Source of the DNA: an uncultured Gemmatimonadales bacterium
Lineage (GTDB): Bacteria; Gemmatimonadota; Gemmatimonadetes; Gemmatimonadales; Gemmatimonadaceae
DNA length: 64,000 nucleotides
Assembly (NCBI GenBank): GCA_963701965.1
Contig: OY969695.1
Coordinates: 1,248,001 to 1,312,000, forward strand
Direction: 5' to 3'
The notes beneath the pieces were generated by a model. The model was given only the letters and a program-made list of their open reading frames with translations, was not told the DNA's origin and searched no databases. Shown here piece after piece: positions 19,365 through 28,510 of the stretch. A program made the position numbers and the translations under genes. Every line of letters starts with the position of its first letter. Position 1 is the first letter of the stretch.

Positions 19365-19643
19365 GTGAAAATCACGTCGAAAGGCCAGGTGACGATCCCC
19401 CAGGATGTCCGCGAGCAACTCGGACTGCTTCCCCACACGGAGGTCCGGTTCCGCGTGCAAGGGCGTGTGGCGGTCCTCGAGAAAATGCCCGGGGCTGGAC
19501 GGCGAGGCACGGACCTCGTGAGCCGCATGCGGGCTACCGCCACGGTACGAATGACGACCGATGATATCCTCGCGCTCACGCGCGCAGCATCGCCGGCCCT
19601 CCGCGACACATCGCCAGTTCGGCGGCCCCGGTCTCCCCGATAG
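19365..19643 (+). CDS. vapB: AbrB/MazE/SpoVT-family antitoxin
   Basis: MKITSKGQVTIPQDVREQLGL.P...V.F; M.TDDILALTR. Confidence 0.9.
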   Translation: MKITSKGQVTIPQDVREQLGLLPHTEVRFRVQGRVAVLEKMPGAGRRGTDLVSRMRATATVRMTTDDILALTRAASPALRDTSPVRRPRSPR

Positions 19644-19650
19644 CCGCCCC

Positions 19651-20055
19651 ATGGCCGTGGTCCTGGTTGACGCCAACGTTCTGCTCGACATCGTGACCGA
19701 AGATCCGACCTGGTCCGCGTGGTCGGCGAATGCCCTGGCGACCGCCGCAGACTCGGCGACGCTGGCGATCAATCCCGTCATCTACGCCGAGGTATCACTC
19801 GGGTTCGAAAAGATTGAGGATTTGGAGGCGGCACTCCCGACCAATGCCTTCCGGCGTGATCCGATCCCTTGGGAGGCGGCATTCCTCGCCGGCAAATGCT
19901 TTCTTGCCTACCGCCGGCGCGGGGGCGCGAAACGCACACCCCTTCCCGATTTTTTCATCGGTGCCCACGCCGCGGTGCGCGGCCACACGCTACTGACGCG
20001 CGCCCCCGCGCGCTACCACACCTACTTCCCCACCGTACGCTTGATCCACCCGTAA
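19651..20055 (+). CDS. vapC: PIN-domain VapC toxin
   Basis: VLVDANVLLD, INPVIYAEVS, PLPDFFIGAHAA, LLTRAP.RY (the usual TRD reads TRA). Confidence 0.9.
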   Translation: MAVVLVDANVLLDIVTEDPTWSAWSANALATAADSATLAINPVIYAEVSLGFEKIEDLEAALPTNAFRRDPIPWEAAFLAGKCFLAYRRRGGAKRTPLPDFFIGAHAAVRGHTLLTRAPARYHTYFPTVRLIHP

Positions 20056-20059
20056 CGCA

Positions 20060-20614
20060 TCACCGTCCCGCGAGCGCCCGCTCCGCCTGCCACAGGTGTC
20101 GCCGCTCGTGCGCCAACGTCACGAGAAAGTACGACAGGAGGTTGTACCGCACCCGGGCGTTGAATAACGACGCCACGCGGACCGCGTCGAGCTGGAGGCC
20201 GTCCGCCTCGGCGAGGCGTGCGCGCTGGCGCTCCTGCGACTGTTGGAACAGCGGCCACGCGGGAGTACGGTGCGTCGTCACCGTGGGGTCGATGGTCGGG
20301 ATCGTCTTCGCGCGCACGCGATATGGCGGCTCGAGTGTCCAGGCGAGGATCCGGCCGACAATGTCGGGGCGGCTCGGTCGGCGCTGCACCAAACCGCGGC
20401 GCCGGGCGTCGGCGATCGCGGCGCCGATGATGGGATCGTAGCAATCGGCCGTCAGCGTGAGGTGGGACAGACACTGGTTCGCGGACCAGCGGCCGCCCGG
20501 CGCCGGCGCATCGAGCACCGCGGCATCCGCGCCGCCCGCGTCACTGACGAGCGTACGCGCCCGCTCCGTCGCGGCGTCGAGCGCGGCCATGAGATCGGGG
20601 AGCGGCGGCATCAT
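20060..20614 (-). CDS. DinB-family (DinB_2) protein
   Basis: P.PG.WS..QCL.HL, C-terminal L.HERRHL.QA; TACCTT 7 nt before ATG 20614. Confidence 0.85.
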   Translation of the reverse strand: MMPPLPDLMAALDAATERARTLVSDAGGADAAVLDAPAPGGRWSANQCLSHLTLTADCYDPIIGAAIADARRRGLVQRRPSRPDIVGRILAWTLEPPYRVRAKTIPTIDPTVTTHRTPAWPLFQQSQERQRARLAEADGLQLDAVRVASLFNARVRYNLLSYFLVTLAHERRHLWQAERALAGR

Positions 20615-20739
20615 GTGAAACAAGGTAGCGCCGTGCGCCGCGTGCCGTCACATCGTGAAAGTGGCCGCTGGCGCGATCCGTTCCGCCGCCGGCGACGGGC
20701 GGCGTGGCGCCGCCGCTGGCGCGCGCCGACGTTGGGTCC

Positions 20740-22268
20740 ATGCATCGCACACCCCTCGCCGTACTCGCCAGTCTCGCCGCCGCTGGCTTCGCTGGTGCGC
20801 AATCCCCCCCGCGCCCGCGCCCTGGATAATGTGGCCGCCGGCCCGCGAGACATGCCGGGCGTCCTCCGATGCCGCCGGGCCTACGCTGGCCAAGGCGCGC
20901 AAAGCGCTGGGTCTCGATCGCCCAGCCACCGTGCTCCGCCTCTCGGCGTACGAGATCACGGTCCACAACTACGAGTCGGACCGCCCGTATCGACCGTACC
21001 TCGCATCCGCCGGCGACCAAATCCGCTGGGTCGATCTGGCAACAGGCGTCACGCGCGACTCGACGACCAATGTCATGGGCCCCAGAGGCGTCGTCCTCAG
21101 TGGCGACCGGACCGCGGTCACGCAGAGTGATAGCGGGTGGCACCAGAACGACATCGCCTGGACCGCCGCGGAACGCAAACGCGCCTTCGAGGCGCCACTC
21201 GTCGTGCGCGCCTGGTCAGCGAGCCCGGACGTGCGCGTGGTCGGCCGCTGCCTCTACAAGGACTACGACCGCATCGTCCTCGAACGGTCGGGCGTCTATG
21301 GTCCCGAACGACTCTACATCGATCCCAAGACAGGGTTCCTCGCCAAGCTCGATCGCGACGAGCCGCACTACTTGTGGGGCCAGAACCACGTCGAGTACGT
21401 GTACGCCACGTGGAATCTGTTTGGCGATCTGGTCCTGCCTGTCTCTACGACTCGGGTCATCGACGGCGACGAAGAGGTCGTCCGCACGATCACGGATGTC
21501 ACCCATGTCCGCGCCGACTCGGCGCCGTCCCTCGCGCTGGCTGCGGCGACGAAACCATCCGCCGTCGAGCTCCCGCTGTTTCTCCACCCGGCGCCCGTCG
21601 ACACGGTCCGCCTTGGCCCGCACACCTACGTGCTCAAGAATCGCGGGTACAACGAGGTGATCTCGCTCGAGGGCGACACGGTCTACGTGCTCGACGCCAC
21701 GCAGAGCGAAACCCGCGCCCGCACCGACTCGGCGTGGATCGGCCGGCTCTTTCCGGGACCGCACCCGGTGGTGGTCGTCGTCACCGATCTCGCGTGGCCT
21801 CACGTCGCCGGAGTGCGATTCTGGGTCGCCAGCGGCGCGACGATCGTCTCCCGCGACATCTCGCGCGACTTTCTGCGTGCGGTCGTCGCCCGCCAGTGGA
21901 CGCTCCATCCCGACAAGCTGGCGGCCACCGGCGCGCGCACGCCCTTCCGGTTCCGCGCCGTGCACGACTCGCTGGTGACACCCCACATCGCGCTCTACGC
22001 CATCAATGGCATCGGCAGCGAAGGCGCGCTCATGGCGTTCCTGCCTGGCCTCCACGTGCTGTGGGCCAGCGACTTCGTCCAGCAGCTCCAGGCGCCCGCA
22101 CTATACACGGCCGAGGTGTACGCCGCCGCCTGCCGCGTCGGCATCGCACCGACCCGCGTGGTGGGCGAGCACCAACCGGTGGCCGACTGGTCGACCCTCA
22201 CGACCCTCGTGCAAAGCCAACCGCTCGCGGGCCCCGCGTCGTTCGCCCCGCCAGGAAGGAGCTGCTAG
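20740..22268 (+). CDS. Exported metallo-beta-lactamase-fold-like protein; frameshift(s) near 20805-20830
   Basis: Signal-peptide start MHRTPLAVLASLAAAGFAGAQS lies in a different frame from the long ORF. C-terminal domain YVLDA, VVVTDLAWPHVAGV, LWASD, VGEH is a degenerate MBL motif set. Confidence 0.6.
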
Positions 22269-22316
22269 AACGGCCTGGGCTGGCAGCAGCGATGTCCGAT
22301 ACGCATCGTTGCTGCC

Positions 22317-23192
22317 ATGCCGAACGCCCAGCCCGTTGCACCTGAACCCCCTGTCCCGCGTATCCCTTGGATTGCGGCTCTCCTCACTGTCCCCTTAGCG
22401 GGACTCGGGCATCTCTACGCGGGCGCCCCTCGGCGGGCGCTCGCGGCGTGGTTGCTCGCCTTCGTCACGATCATGCTCGTATTCCCACTCGCGGTCGCGT
22501 TACCCACCCAGGTTGGCTTCGCCGTCCCGTGGGTTCTTCTGCTGTCTCTCGAGGCAGCACTGATCACCGATGCCGTGCGCACGGCCCGGCGCGCGTCTCC
22601 GACGTTCGTGCCGCGCCCGTACAATCGTTGGTACGTCTATGTGTGCCTCATCTTCTTCTCTGGCCAAACACTACACCGCCCGCTCAAGTCGTTCATCGAA
22701 CGCCACATCTATCGTGCCTATCGCATCCCATCGGAGAGCATGGCTCCTACGATCCTGGTTGGCGACCACTTGTACGCAACGCCGTTGCGGGGCGCCATCC
22801 ACCGGGGTGACAACGTGATCTACCCGTACTCCGGAAAGACGTTCGTCAAACGGGTTATCGGGCTCCCTGGCGACACGCTCTCCATGAATAGCGACAGTCT
22901 CTGGATCAACGGCCGTCGCGTGCCAGAGCCTTACATGACCCCGAGCTCAGACGTCGCGTCCCCAACGAGCGTGTCGCGCCACCCGACGATGTCGACGTGG
23001 GGTCCGGTCGTCGTTCCCGCGCACTCGTATTTCGTGATGGGAGACAATCGCGGGTCGAGCCTCGACAGCCGCTACTTCGGGTTTGTGAACGCCGACTCGG
23101 TGAGCGAGCGACCGCTCGGCATCTACTTCTCTCGCGATCCAGTGTCGGGCTCGATCCGCTGGAAACGGCTCGGGGCGAGCGTGGAACGCTGA
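22317..23192 (+). CDS. lepB: Signal peptidase I with extra N-terminal TM helices
   Basis: IPSESMAPT...GD, FVKRVIGLPGD, YFVMGDNR..S.DSRYFGFV. Confidence 0.92.
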   Translation: MPNAQPVAPEPPVPRIPWIAALLTVPLAGLGHLYAGAPRRALAAWLLAFVTIMLVFPLAVALPTQVGFAVPWVLLLSLEAALITDAVRTARRASPTFVPRPYNRWYVYVCLIFFSGQTLHRPLKSFIERHIYRAYRIPSESMAPTILVGDHLYATPLRGAIHRGDNVIYPYSGKTFVKRVIGLPGDTLSMNSDSLWINGRRVPEPYMTPSSDVASPTSVSRHPTMSTWGPVVVPAHSYFVMGDNRGSSLDSRYFGFVNADSVSERPLGIYFSRDPVSGSIRWKRLGASVER

Positions 23193-23268
23193 CGCAAGAA
23201 TGTCACGATTGCGCCGCAGGCCGTTTCGCCCTTGCGGCGCCTGAGCGGCCCGCCAAGTTCTTCGCCGT

Positions 23269-24507
23269 ATGGCGACCAAGCGCACCGTGCACGCCCTGGA
23301 TCCGGCCAAGCTGCAGGCCAGTCGCGTGCACCACCCGGGCCCCGGACGCGGGCGGAACTTCGGCGCCGAGCGGCTGCCGGCGGCATTTCAGACCATCGTC
23401 GATCCCACCAAGCACCCGACGCAACCGTGGCGCGACCTGCCGGCGCCCACCGGCCCCGCGCCCTATCATCTCAATCTGGATACCGTGCTGAGCGACGCCG
23501 CGATCCAGGCCATCAATACGTCCGGGCGGATGGTGTTTCACGCCGTCGGCGATACCGGCGGCGTCAACACCAACACGTATATCGACAACGTCGCCAGCTA
23601 CATGGAAAAGGACTTCGGCGGCGCCGACGCCACGCGGCACCCCTCGTTCTACTACCACCTCGGCGACGTCGTGTATTACAATGGCGAAACGGCGAACTAC
23701 TACGCCGAATTCTACGAGCCATACAACACCTATCCCGCGCCCATCTTCGCCATCCCCGGCAACCATGACGGCGACGTCGACCCCATAGCCAAAGAGCCCA
23801 GCCTCGCCGCCTTCGTCAACAACTTCTGCGCCCAGATCGCGCGCCACACGCCCGAGGCGCAGGACGCGCCGCGCGACGCCATGACGCAACCCAACGTCTA
23901 TTGGACGTTGGCCACGCCCCTGGCGACCATCATTGGGTTGTACAGCAATTGCCCCGAAGGCGGCGTGCTGGCGCCGGCCCAGATCGCGTGGTTCGAGTCC
24001 GAGCTCGCCAGCGCGCCCCACGACCGCGCCCTCATCGTCGCCGTCCACCACCCGCTCTACTCGGCGTACGGACCGCACCCGGGCAGCCAACACCTCTATA
24101 GCGTGTTCGACAGCGCCTGCACCACGACCGGCCGCGTGCCCGATCTCGTTCTCTCCGGGCACGTCCACGACTACCAGCGATTCACGGGCATATTGGCAGG
24201 CCAGCACGTCCCCTGCATCATCGCCGGCGCCGGCGGCTACAGCGCGCGGCTCCACGTCCTCGCCAATGCCTTCCACACCACGAAGCTGCCCATCACCATG
24301 ACGACGGGCACCGGCGTGCTGGAGAGCTTCTGCGACCAGGACCACGGCTACCTGAGGATCGAGGTCACGAAAAAGCACATCGTGTGCGCGTACCACGCCG
24401 TCCCCAAGCCCGGCGCCAAAGCGCCCGCGACCCTCGCCCCGTTCGACTCCGTGACCGTCGCCATCCGGAAGAGCGGCGTCAGCGGGCGCGCGGCAGGTGG
24501 AAAGTGA
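23269..24507 (+). CDS. Calcineurin-like metallophosphoesterase (purple acid phosphatase-like)
   Basis: VGDTG, HLGDVVY, IPGNHDG, VHHP, SGHVHDYQR. Confidence 0.88.
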   Translation: MATKRTVHALDPAKLQASRVHHPGPGRGRNFGAERLPAAFQTIVDPTKHPTQPWRDLPAPTGPAPYHLNLDTVLSDAAIQAINTSGRMVFHAVGDTGGVNTNTYIDNVASYMEKDFGGADATRHPSFYYHLGDVVYYNGETANYYAEFYEPYNTYPAPIFAIPGNHDGDVDPIAKEPSLAAFVNNFCAQIARHTPEAQDAPRDAMTQPNVYWTLATPLATIIGLYSNCPEGGVLAPAQIAWFESELASAPHDRALIVAVHHPLYSAYGPHPGSQHLYSVFDSACTTTGRVPDLVLSGHVHDYQRFTGILAGQHVPCIIAGAGGYSARLHVLANAFHTTKLPITMTTGTGVLESFCDQDHGYLRIEVTKKHIVCAYHAVPKPGAKAPATLAPFDSVTVAIRKSGVSGRAAGGK

Positions 24508-25996
24508 ACCTCGAGCCCTCGCCCACCGTGCTGGCCACCGTCAGCTCACCGCCCATCCCGCGCGCCAACTCGCGGCTGATCGCCAGGCCCAATCCCACGC
24601 CCGCGTCGCTGCCGCCCACGACCCGTCCGACCTGAACGAACGGCTCGAACACCTGCTCCAGATGGTCCGCGGGAATGCCCCGCCCCGTGTCCTGGACGAC
24701 AACGGACAGCATCCCATCGCCATCGGGTGAGTCGCAGCGCAACACGACCTCGCCCCCCGCGCGCGTGAACTTGACCGCGTTGGAGAGCAGGTTCACGATC
24801 ACCTGCAGGATCTTGTCGCGATCCCCGAGCGCCCGAAACGCGGGATCGCAGCCGACAAACGCGAACGCCACCCCTTTGCTGCGCGCTTGCGGTTCGATCA
24901 TCCCCGCCGACTCCGCCAACACGTCCAGAATCGGCAACGGCGCCATCGCGAACTGGATCTGCGCCGCTTCCAGCTTCGCGTAATTGAGGACATCGTTGAT
25001 CAACGCCAGCAAGTGCGTCCCCGCCCGCTTGATCCGGCGCAGATCCTCCGCCTGCTCCGCGGTGACCGGACCGCGCACGCCCGTCTCCAACAACTCGGCA
25101 TAGCCGATCGTCGCGTTGAGCGGCGTCCGGAGCTCATGACTCATCGTCGTCAGGAACTCCGACTTGGCGCGATTCGCCGCCTCCGCCTCGGACCGCGCGC
25201 GCCGCTCCTCGTCCTGCGTGTCCAACAGCTCTTCGTTCGACGCCTCGAGCTCCGCCTGCTGCGTCTCCAACTCCACCGCCTGCTCGTGCAGCTGCGCGTT
25301 CTGCATCTCCAACTCGTGCCGCTGCTCGGTCAAGAGCCCGTTGGCCCGCGTTTGCGCGTTGGCGTACCGCGCCAACAGTCCGTTGACGAGCACCGCCAGG
25401 AACACCGACAGCGCCGTGCCCGCGATGACCACGAAGACGACCATCTGGCGTTCCCGGGTCGCGGCGCCGGACCGCTCGATCAACAACCGCGCCTCCTCGT
25501 CGTCCACGGCCTGCATGGTCGCGCGCAGCTGCTGCATGACCGCGGAGCCGTGGTCGATATGGCGGGTCAACAGCGGAGACCGCGGAGCGGCGCCGGAGTG
25601 GCTCACCGCGATCGTCGAGTCCATCTCGGCGACCTTGGACTCGATCAGCGTCGCCAGGGTATCGAGGCGCGCCAGTTGCCGCGGGTTGTCGTTCGTCAAC
25701 GCGCGGAGCGCGCCGAGATCCACCACGGCTTCCCGCTTCGCGGCGCCCAGCGTGTCCAGGTACGCCGGGTTCCCCGTCAGCAAATAGCCGCCCTGATGGG
25801 TATCCAGATCCTGAAGACTGGAGAGGAGGTCGGCCGATCGCAGCTGGACCTCCAGGGTGTGGCGCACCCACCCCTCGCTCGCGATCGCGTCCCGCATGCT
25901 CCACAGCGTCGCCAGACCGACCAGCAACACGACCAGCGCCGGACCAACGACGGCCGCCAGGTTCCTATACGGCCGCTCCCGCGGAACGACAGTCAA
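24479..25996 (-). CDS. CHASE3-domain sensor histidine kinase
   Basis: TM-CHASE3 (WV.HT.EV, GYLLTG, L.DNP.Q)-TM, coiled coil, KSEFL..MSHELRTPL, NLLSNAVKFT, DTGRGI, G.GLGLAIS. Confidence 0.92.
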   Translation of the reverse strand: MTVVPRERPYRNLAAVVGPALVVLLVGLATLWSMRDAIASEGWVRHTLEVQLRSADLLSSLQDLDTHQGGYLLTGNPAYLDTLGAAKREAVVDLGALRALTNDNPRQLARLDTLATLIESKVAEMDSTIAVSHSGAAPRSPLLTRHIDHGSAVMQQLRATMQAVDDEEARLLIERSGAATRERQMVVFVVIAGTALSVFLAVLVNGLLARYANAQTRANGLLTEQRHELEMQNAQLHEQAVELETQQAELEASNEELLDTQDEERRARSEAEAANRAKSEFLTTMSHELRTPLNATIGYAELLETGVRGPVTAEQAEDLRRIKRAGTHLLALINDVLNYAKLEAAQIQFAMAPLPILDVLAESAGMIEPQARSKGVAFAFVGCDPAFRALGDRDKILQVIVNLLSNAVKFTRAGGEVVLRCDSPDGDGMLSVVVQDTGRGIPADHLEQVFEPFVQVGRVVGGSDAGVGLGLAISRELARGMGGELTVASTVGEGSRFTFHLPRAR

Positions 25997-26128
25997 TTCG
26001 GTCAGAGCGCGGCATTCTCCATAAACGCCGGAATTTCGCCGCTCCTGCCCCCAGGCGCCAGCGGCGATTTAACGACAGTTTGACACTTCCGCATGGCGCG
26101 ATGACACTCGCGTCCCCACGTTGCGCCG

Positions 26129-28510
26129 GTGCTACTCCTCACATTCGCCGCGGGCGCCATCTTGGCGCTGCGCCCCGACACGACGCCGGCGCCGATGGGC
26201 GGCGTTTACAACGGCCGCTCCGGACAACTGACGGTGCGCATCCCGCAGCTGGACGGGGCACCCATCATGGACGGCACGCTCAACGATCCCGTCTGGCAGC
26301 GGGCGGCCGTCCTCACGGGGTTCTCGGAATACACGCCGATGGACGGCCTGCCGGCCGAGGACTCGACCGAAGTGCTCGTGTGGTATTCGCACCGGGCAAT
26401 CTACTTCGGGATCCGGGCGTTCGAGCCGCATGGGAACGTGCACTACAAGCTGGCCGACCGCGACAAGATCGACGCCGACGACAACATCCAAGTCATCCTG
26501 AGTCCGTTCTTGCACGCCCGCCAAGCCCTGGTCTTCGCCGTCAACCCGCTTGGCGTTCAGGAAGACGGCACCATGACCGAGGGCGTGCGGGTCACCGGTC
26601 GGAGCTTCAACACCGGCAACACCCAAACCGGACGCCCATCGACGGACCTGAGCCCCGATTTCGTGTTCGAGTCCAAGGGACACCCCACGACGACGGGCTA
26701 CGAGGTCGTCATCCGGATTCCCTTCCGGAGCATCAAGTACCAGTCCCAGGATCCCCAGGATTGGGGCGTCAACATCATCCGCAAGGTCCAGCATTCCGGG
26801 CACGAGCAGAGCTGGGTGCCCGCCAAGATCGCGGCCGCGTCATTTCTCGCGCAGCTCGGCACCCTCAAGGGCCTGACGCAGCTGCAACGCGGCCTCGTAC
26901 TGGACCTCAATCCATTTGTCACCGAACGGGTGACCGGCGACAGCGCCAATCCCAAGCCCTGGCGCTACGGCACCGACCGGCCCGAGTTCGGCGCCAACGT
27001 GCGCATCGGCCTCACGAACAACCTGACCTTGAACGGCACCTACCGCCCCGACTTCGCCGAGGTGGAATCGGATGCCACGAAGCTGGTGCTCGACCCCCGC
27101 AACGCGATCAGCTATCCAGAAAAACGTCCGTTCTTCCTGGACGGCCTGGAGCAGTTCAGCACTCCGAACAATCTGATCTACACGCGCGCGATCGAGGCGC
27201 CGATCGCCGCCGGCAAACTGACCGGGAAGATCGGGGGCTTCACGGTAGCGTACCTGGGCGCCCAGGACGTCGAGGACTCCTCGGTCACGGGTGCCGGCCA
27301 CCCGATCTACAACGTCCTCCGCATGTGGCGCGACATCGGCTCGGCGTCCCAGATCGGCACGGCGATCACGGACAAGGAACAGGGCGGTGCCTACAGCCGC
27401 ATGGCCAGCGTAGACGGCCGGTTCACCTTCGCGAAGCTGTACACGCTGCAGCTGCAAGGCGGCACCAGTGAATCCCGCGACACCGTCGATGGGCGAACCA
27501 CGGCGGGACCGATCTTCTATGGCCGGTTCACGCGCGCCGGACGCAATTTCGGCTTGGACTACGTCGTCCGGCAGATCGATCCGCAGTTCGAGGCGGCCAG
27601 CGGATTCATCGCACGCGTGGGCCTCGGCACCGTGTCCATCGATCACCGGCTCACGCTGTACAACAAACCGGGCAGCTTCTTCGAGACGTTCGGCGGAGAC
27701 TTCCGCATCAGCGACACGTGGGCCGGCCGGACCCTGACCGACTTCGAAAAAGCCGAAGACCAGCGCTACCAGTTCAACTTGAACCTCGGCTTGCGGGGCG
27801 GATGGCAGGTGGGGGGCGCGCTCTACTTCGAGCACTACGGCTACGATCCGACGCTGTACTCGAACTATTTCCTAGGGAAGATCTCCGGAGTCGACACGAC
27901 CCTCATCCCGTTCTCCAACCGTCAGGAGGCGATCCCCAACACCGATCACGTCATCAACCTCGTCACCCCGCAGTTCGCGCACTTCTCGGCGAGCTTCGTA
28001 TACGTGTGGGGTCCGGACGAGAACTTCTTCGAGTGGGCGTCCGCCGACGTGGATCTACCGCAGATCGCCATCACATGGCAGCCCACCCAACAACTGCGGT
28101 TCAACGGGACGTACACCGCGCAGTTTTATCACCGCCACAGCGACGGCACGACGGTCGCGCGGACGACGATCCCGCGCCTCGACGCCGAGTTTCAGCTTTC
28201 GCGCGCCATCTTCGTGCGGTTCATCGGCCAGTACGACTCCGAGTTTCAGGATAGCCTGCGCGATGACTCGCGCACGAACCTCCCGATCTACATTCGGAGC
28301 GCCACGACGGGCATCATCAGCCGGGCGACGGCCGGGACGAGCAATCTGTTCACGGGCAGCCTGTTGTTCTCCTATCAGCCCGTGCCCGGCACGGTGGCGT
28401 TCCTCGGATACGGCAATGACGCGACCGAGCCGCTCTCCCTGCACTTCACGGGGCTGCGCCGGCAGGCCGACAGCTTCTTCGTGAAGTTCAGCTACTTATT
28501 TCGCGTGTAG
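26129..28510 (+). CDS. CBM9-like / DUF5916 outer-membrane protein
   Basis: DG.L.DP.W, F.VNP.GVQ.D, IPFRSI.Y, PDFAEVESD, PEKRPFFL, C-terminal FFVKFSYLFRV beta-barrel end. Confidence 0.8.
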   Translation: MLLLTFAAGAILALRPDTTPAPMGGVYNGRSGQLTVRIPQLDGAPIMDGTLNDPVWQRAAVLTGFSEYTPMDGLPAEDSTEVLVWYSHRAIYFGIRAFEPHGNVHYKLADRDKIDADDNIQVILSPFLHARQALVFAVNPLGVQEDGTMTEGVRVTGRSFNTGNTQTGRPSTDLSPDFVFESKGHPTTTGYEVVIRIPFRSIKYQSQDPQDWGVNIIRKVQHSGHEQSWVPAKIAAASFLAQLGTLKGLTQLQRGLVLDLNPFVTERVTGDSANPKPWRYGTDRPEFGANVRIGLTNNLTLNGTYRPDFAEVESDATKLVLDPRNAISYPEKRPFFLDGLEQFSTPNNLIYTRAIEAPIAAGKLTGKIGGFTVAYLGAQDVEDSSVTGAGHPIYNVLRMWRDIGSASQIGTAITDKEQGGAYSRMASVDGRFTFAKLYTLQLQGGTSESRDTVDGRTTAGPIFYGRFTRAGRNFGLDYVVRQIDPQFEAASGFIARVGLGTVSIDHRLTLYNKPGSFFETFGGDFRISDTWAGRTLTDFEKAEDQRYQFNLNLGLRGGWQVGGALYFEHYGYDPTLYSNYFLGKISGVDTTLIPFSNRQEAIPNTDHVINLVTPQFAHFSASFVYVWGPDENFFEWASADVDLPQIAITWQPTQQLRFNGTYTAQFYHRHSDGTTVARTTIPRLDAEFQLSRAIFVRFIGQYDSEFQDSLRDDSRTNLPIYIRSATTGIISRATAGTSNLFTGSLLFSYQPVPGTVAFLGYGNDATEPLSLHFTGLRRQADSFFVKFSYLFRV

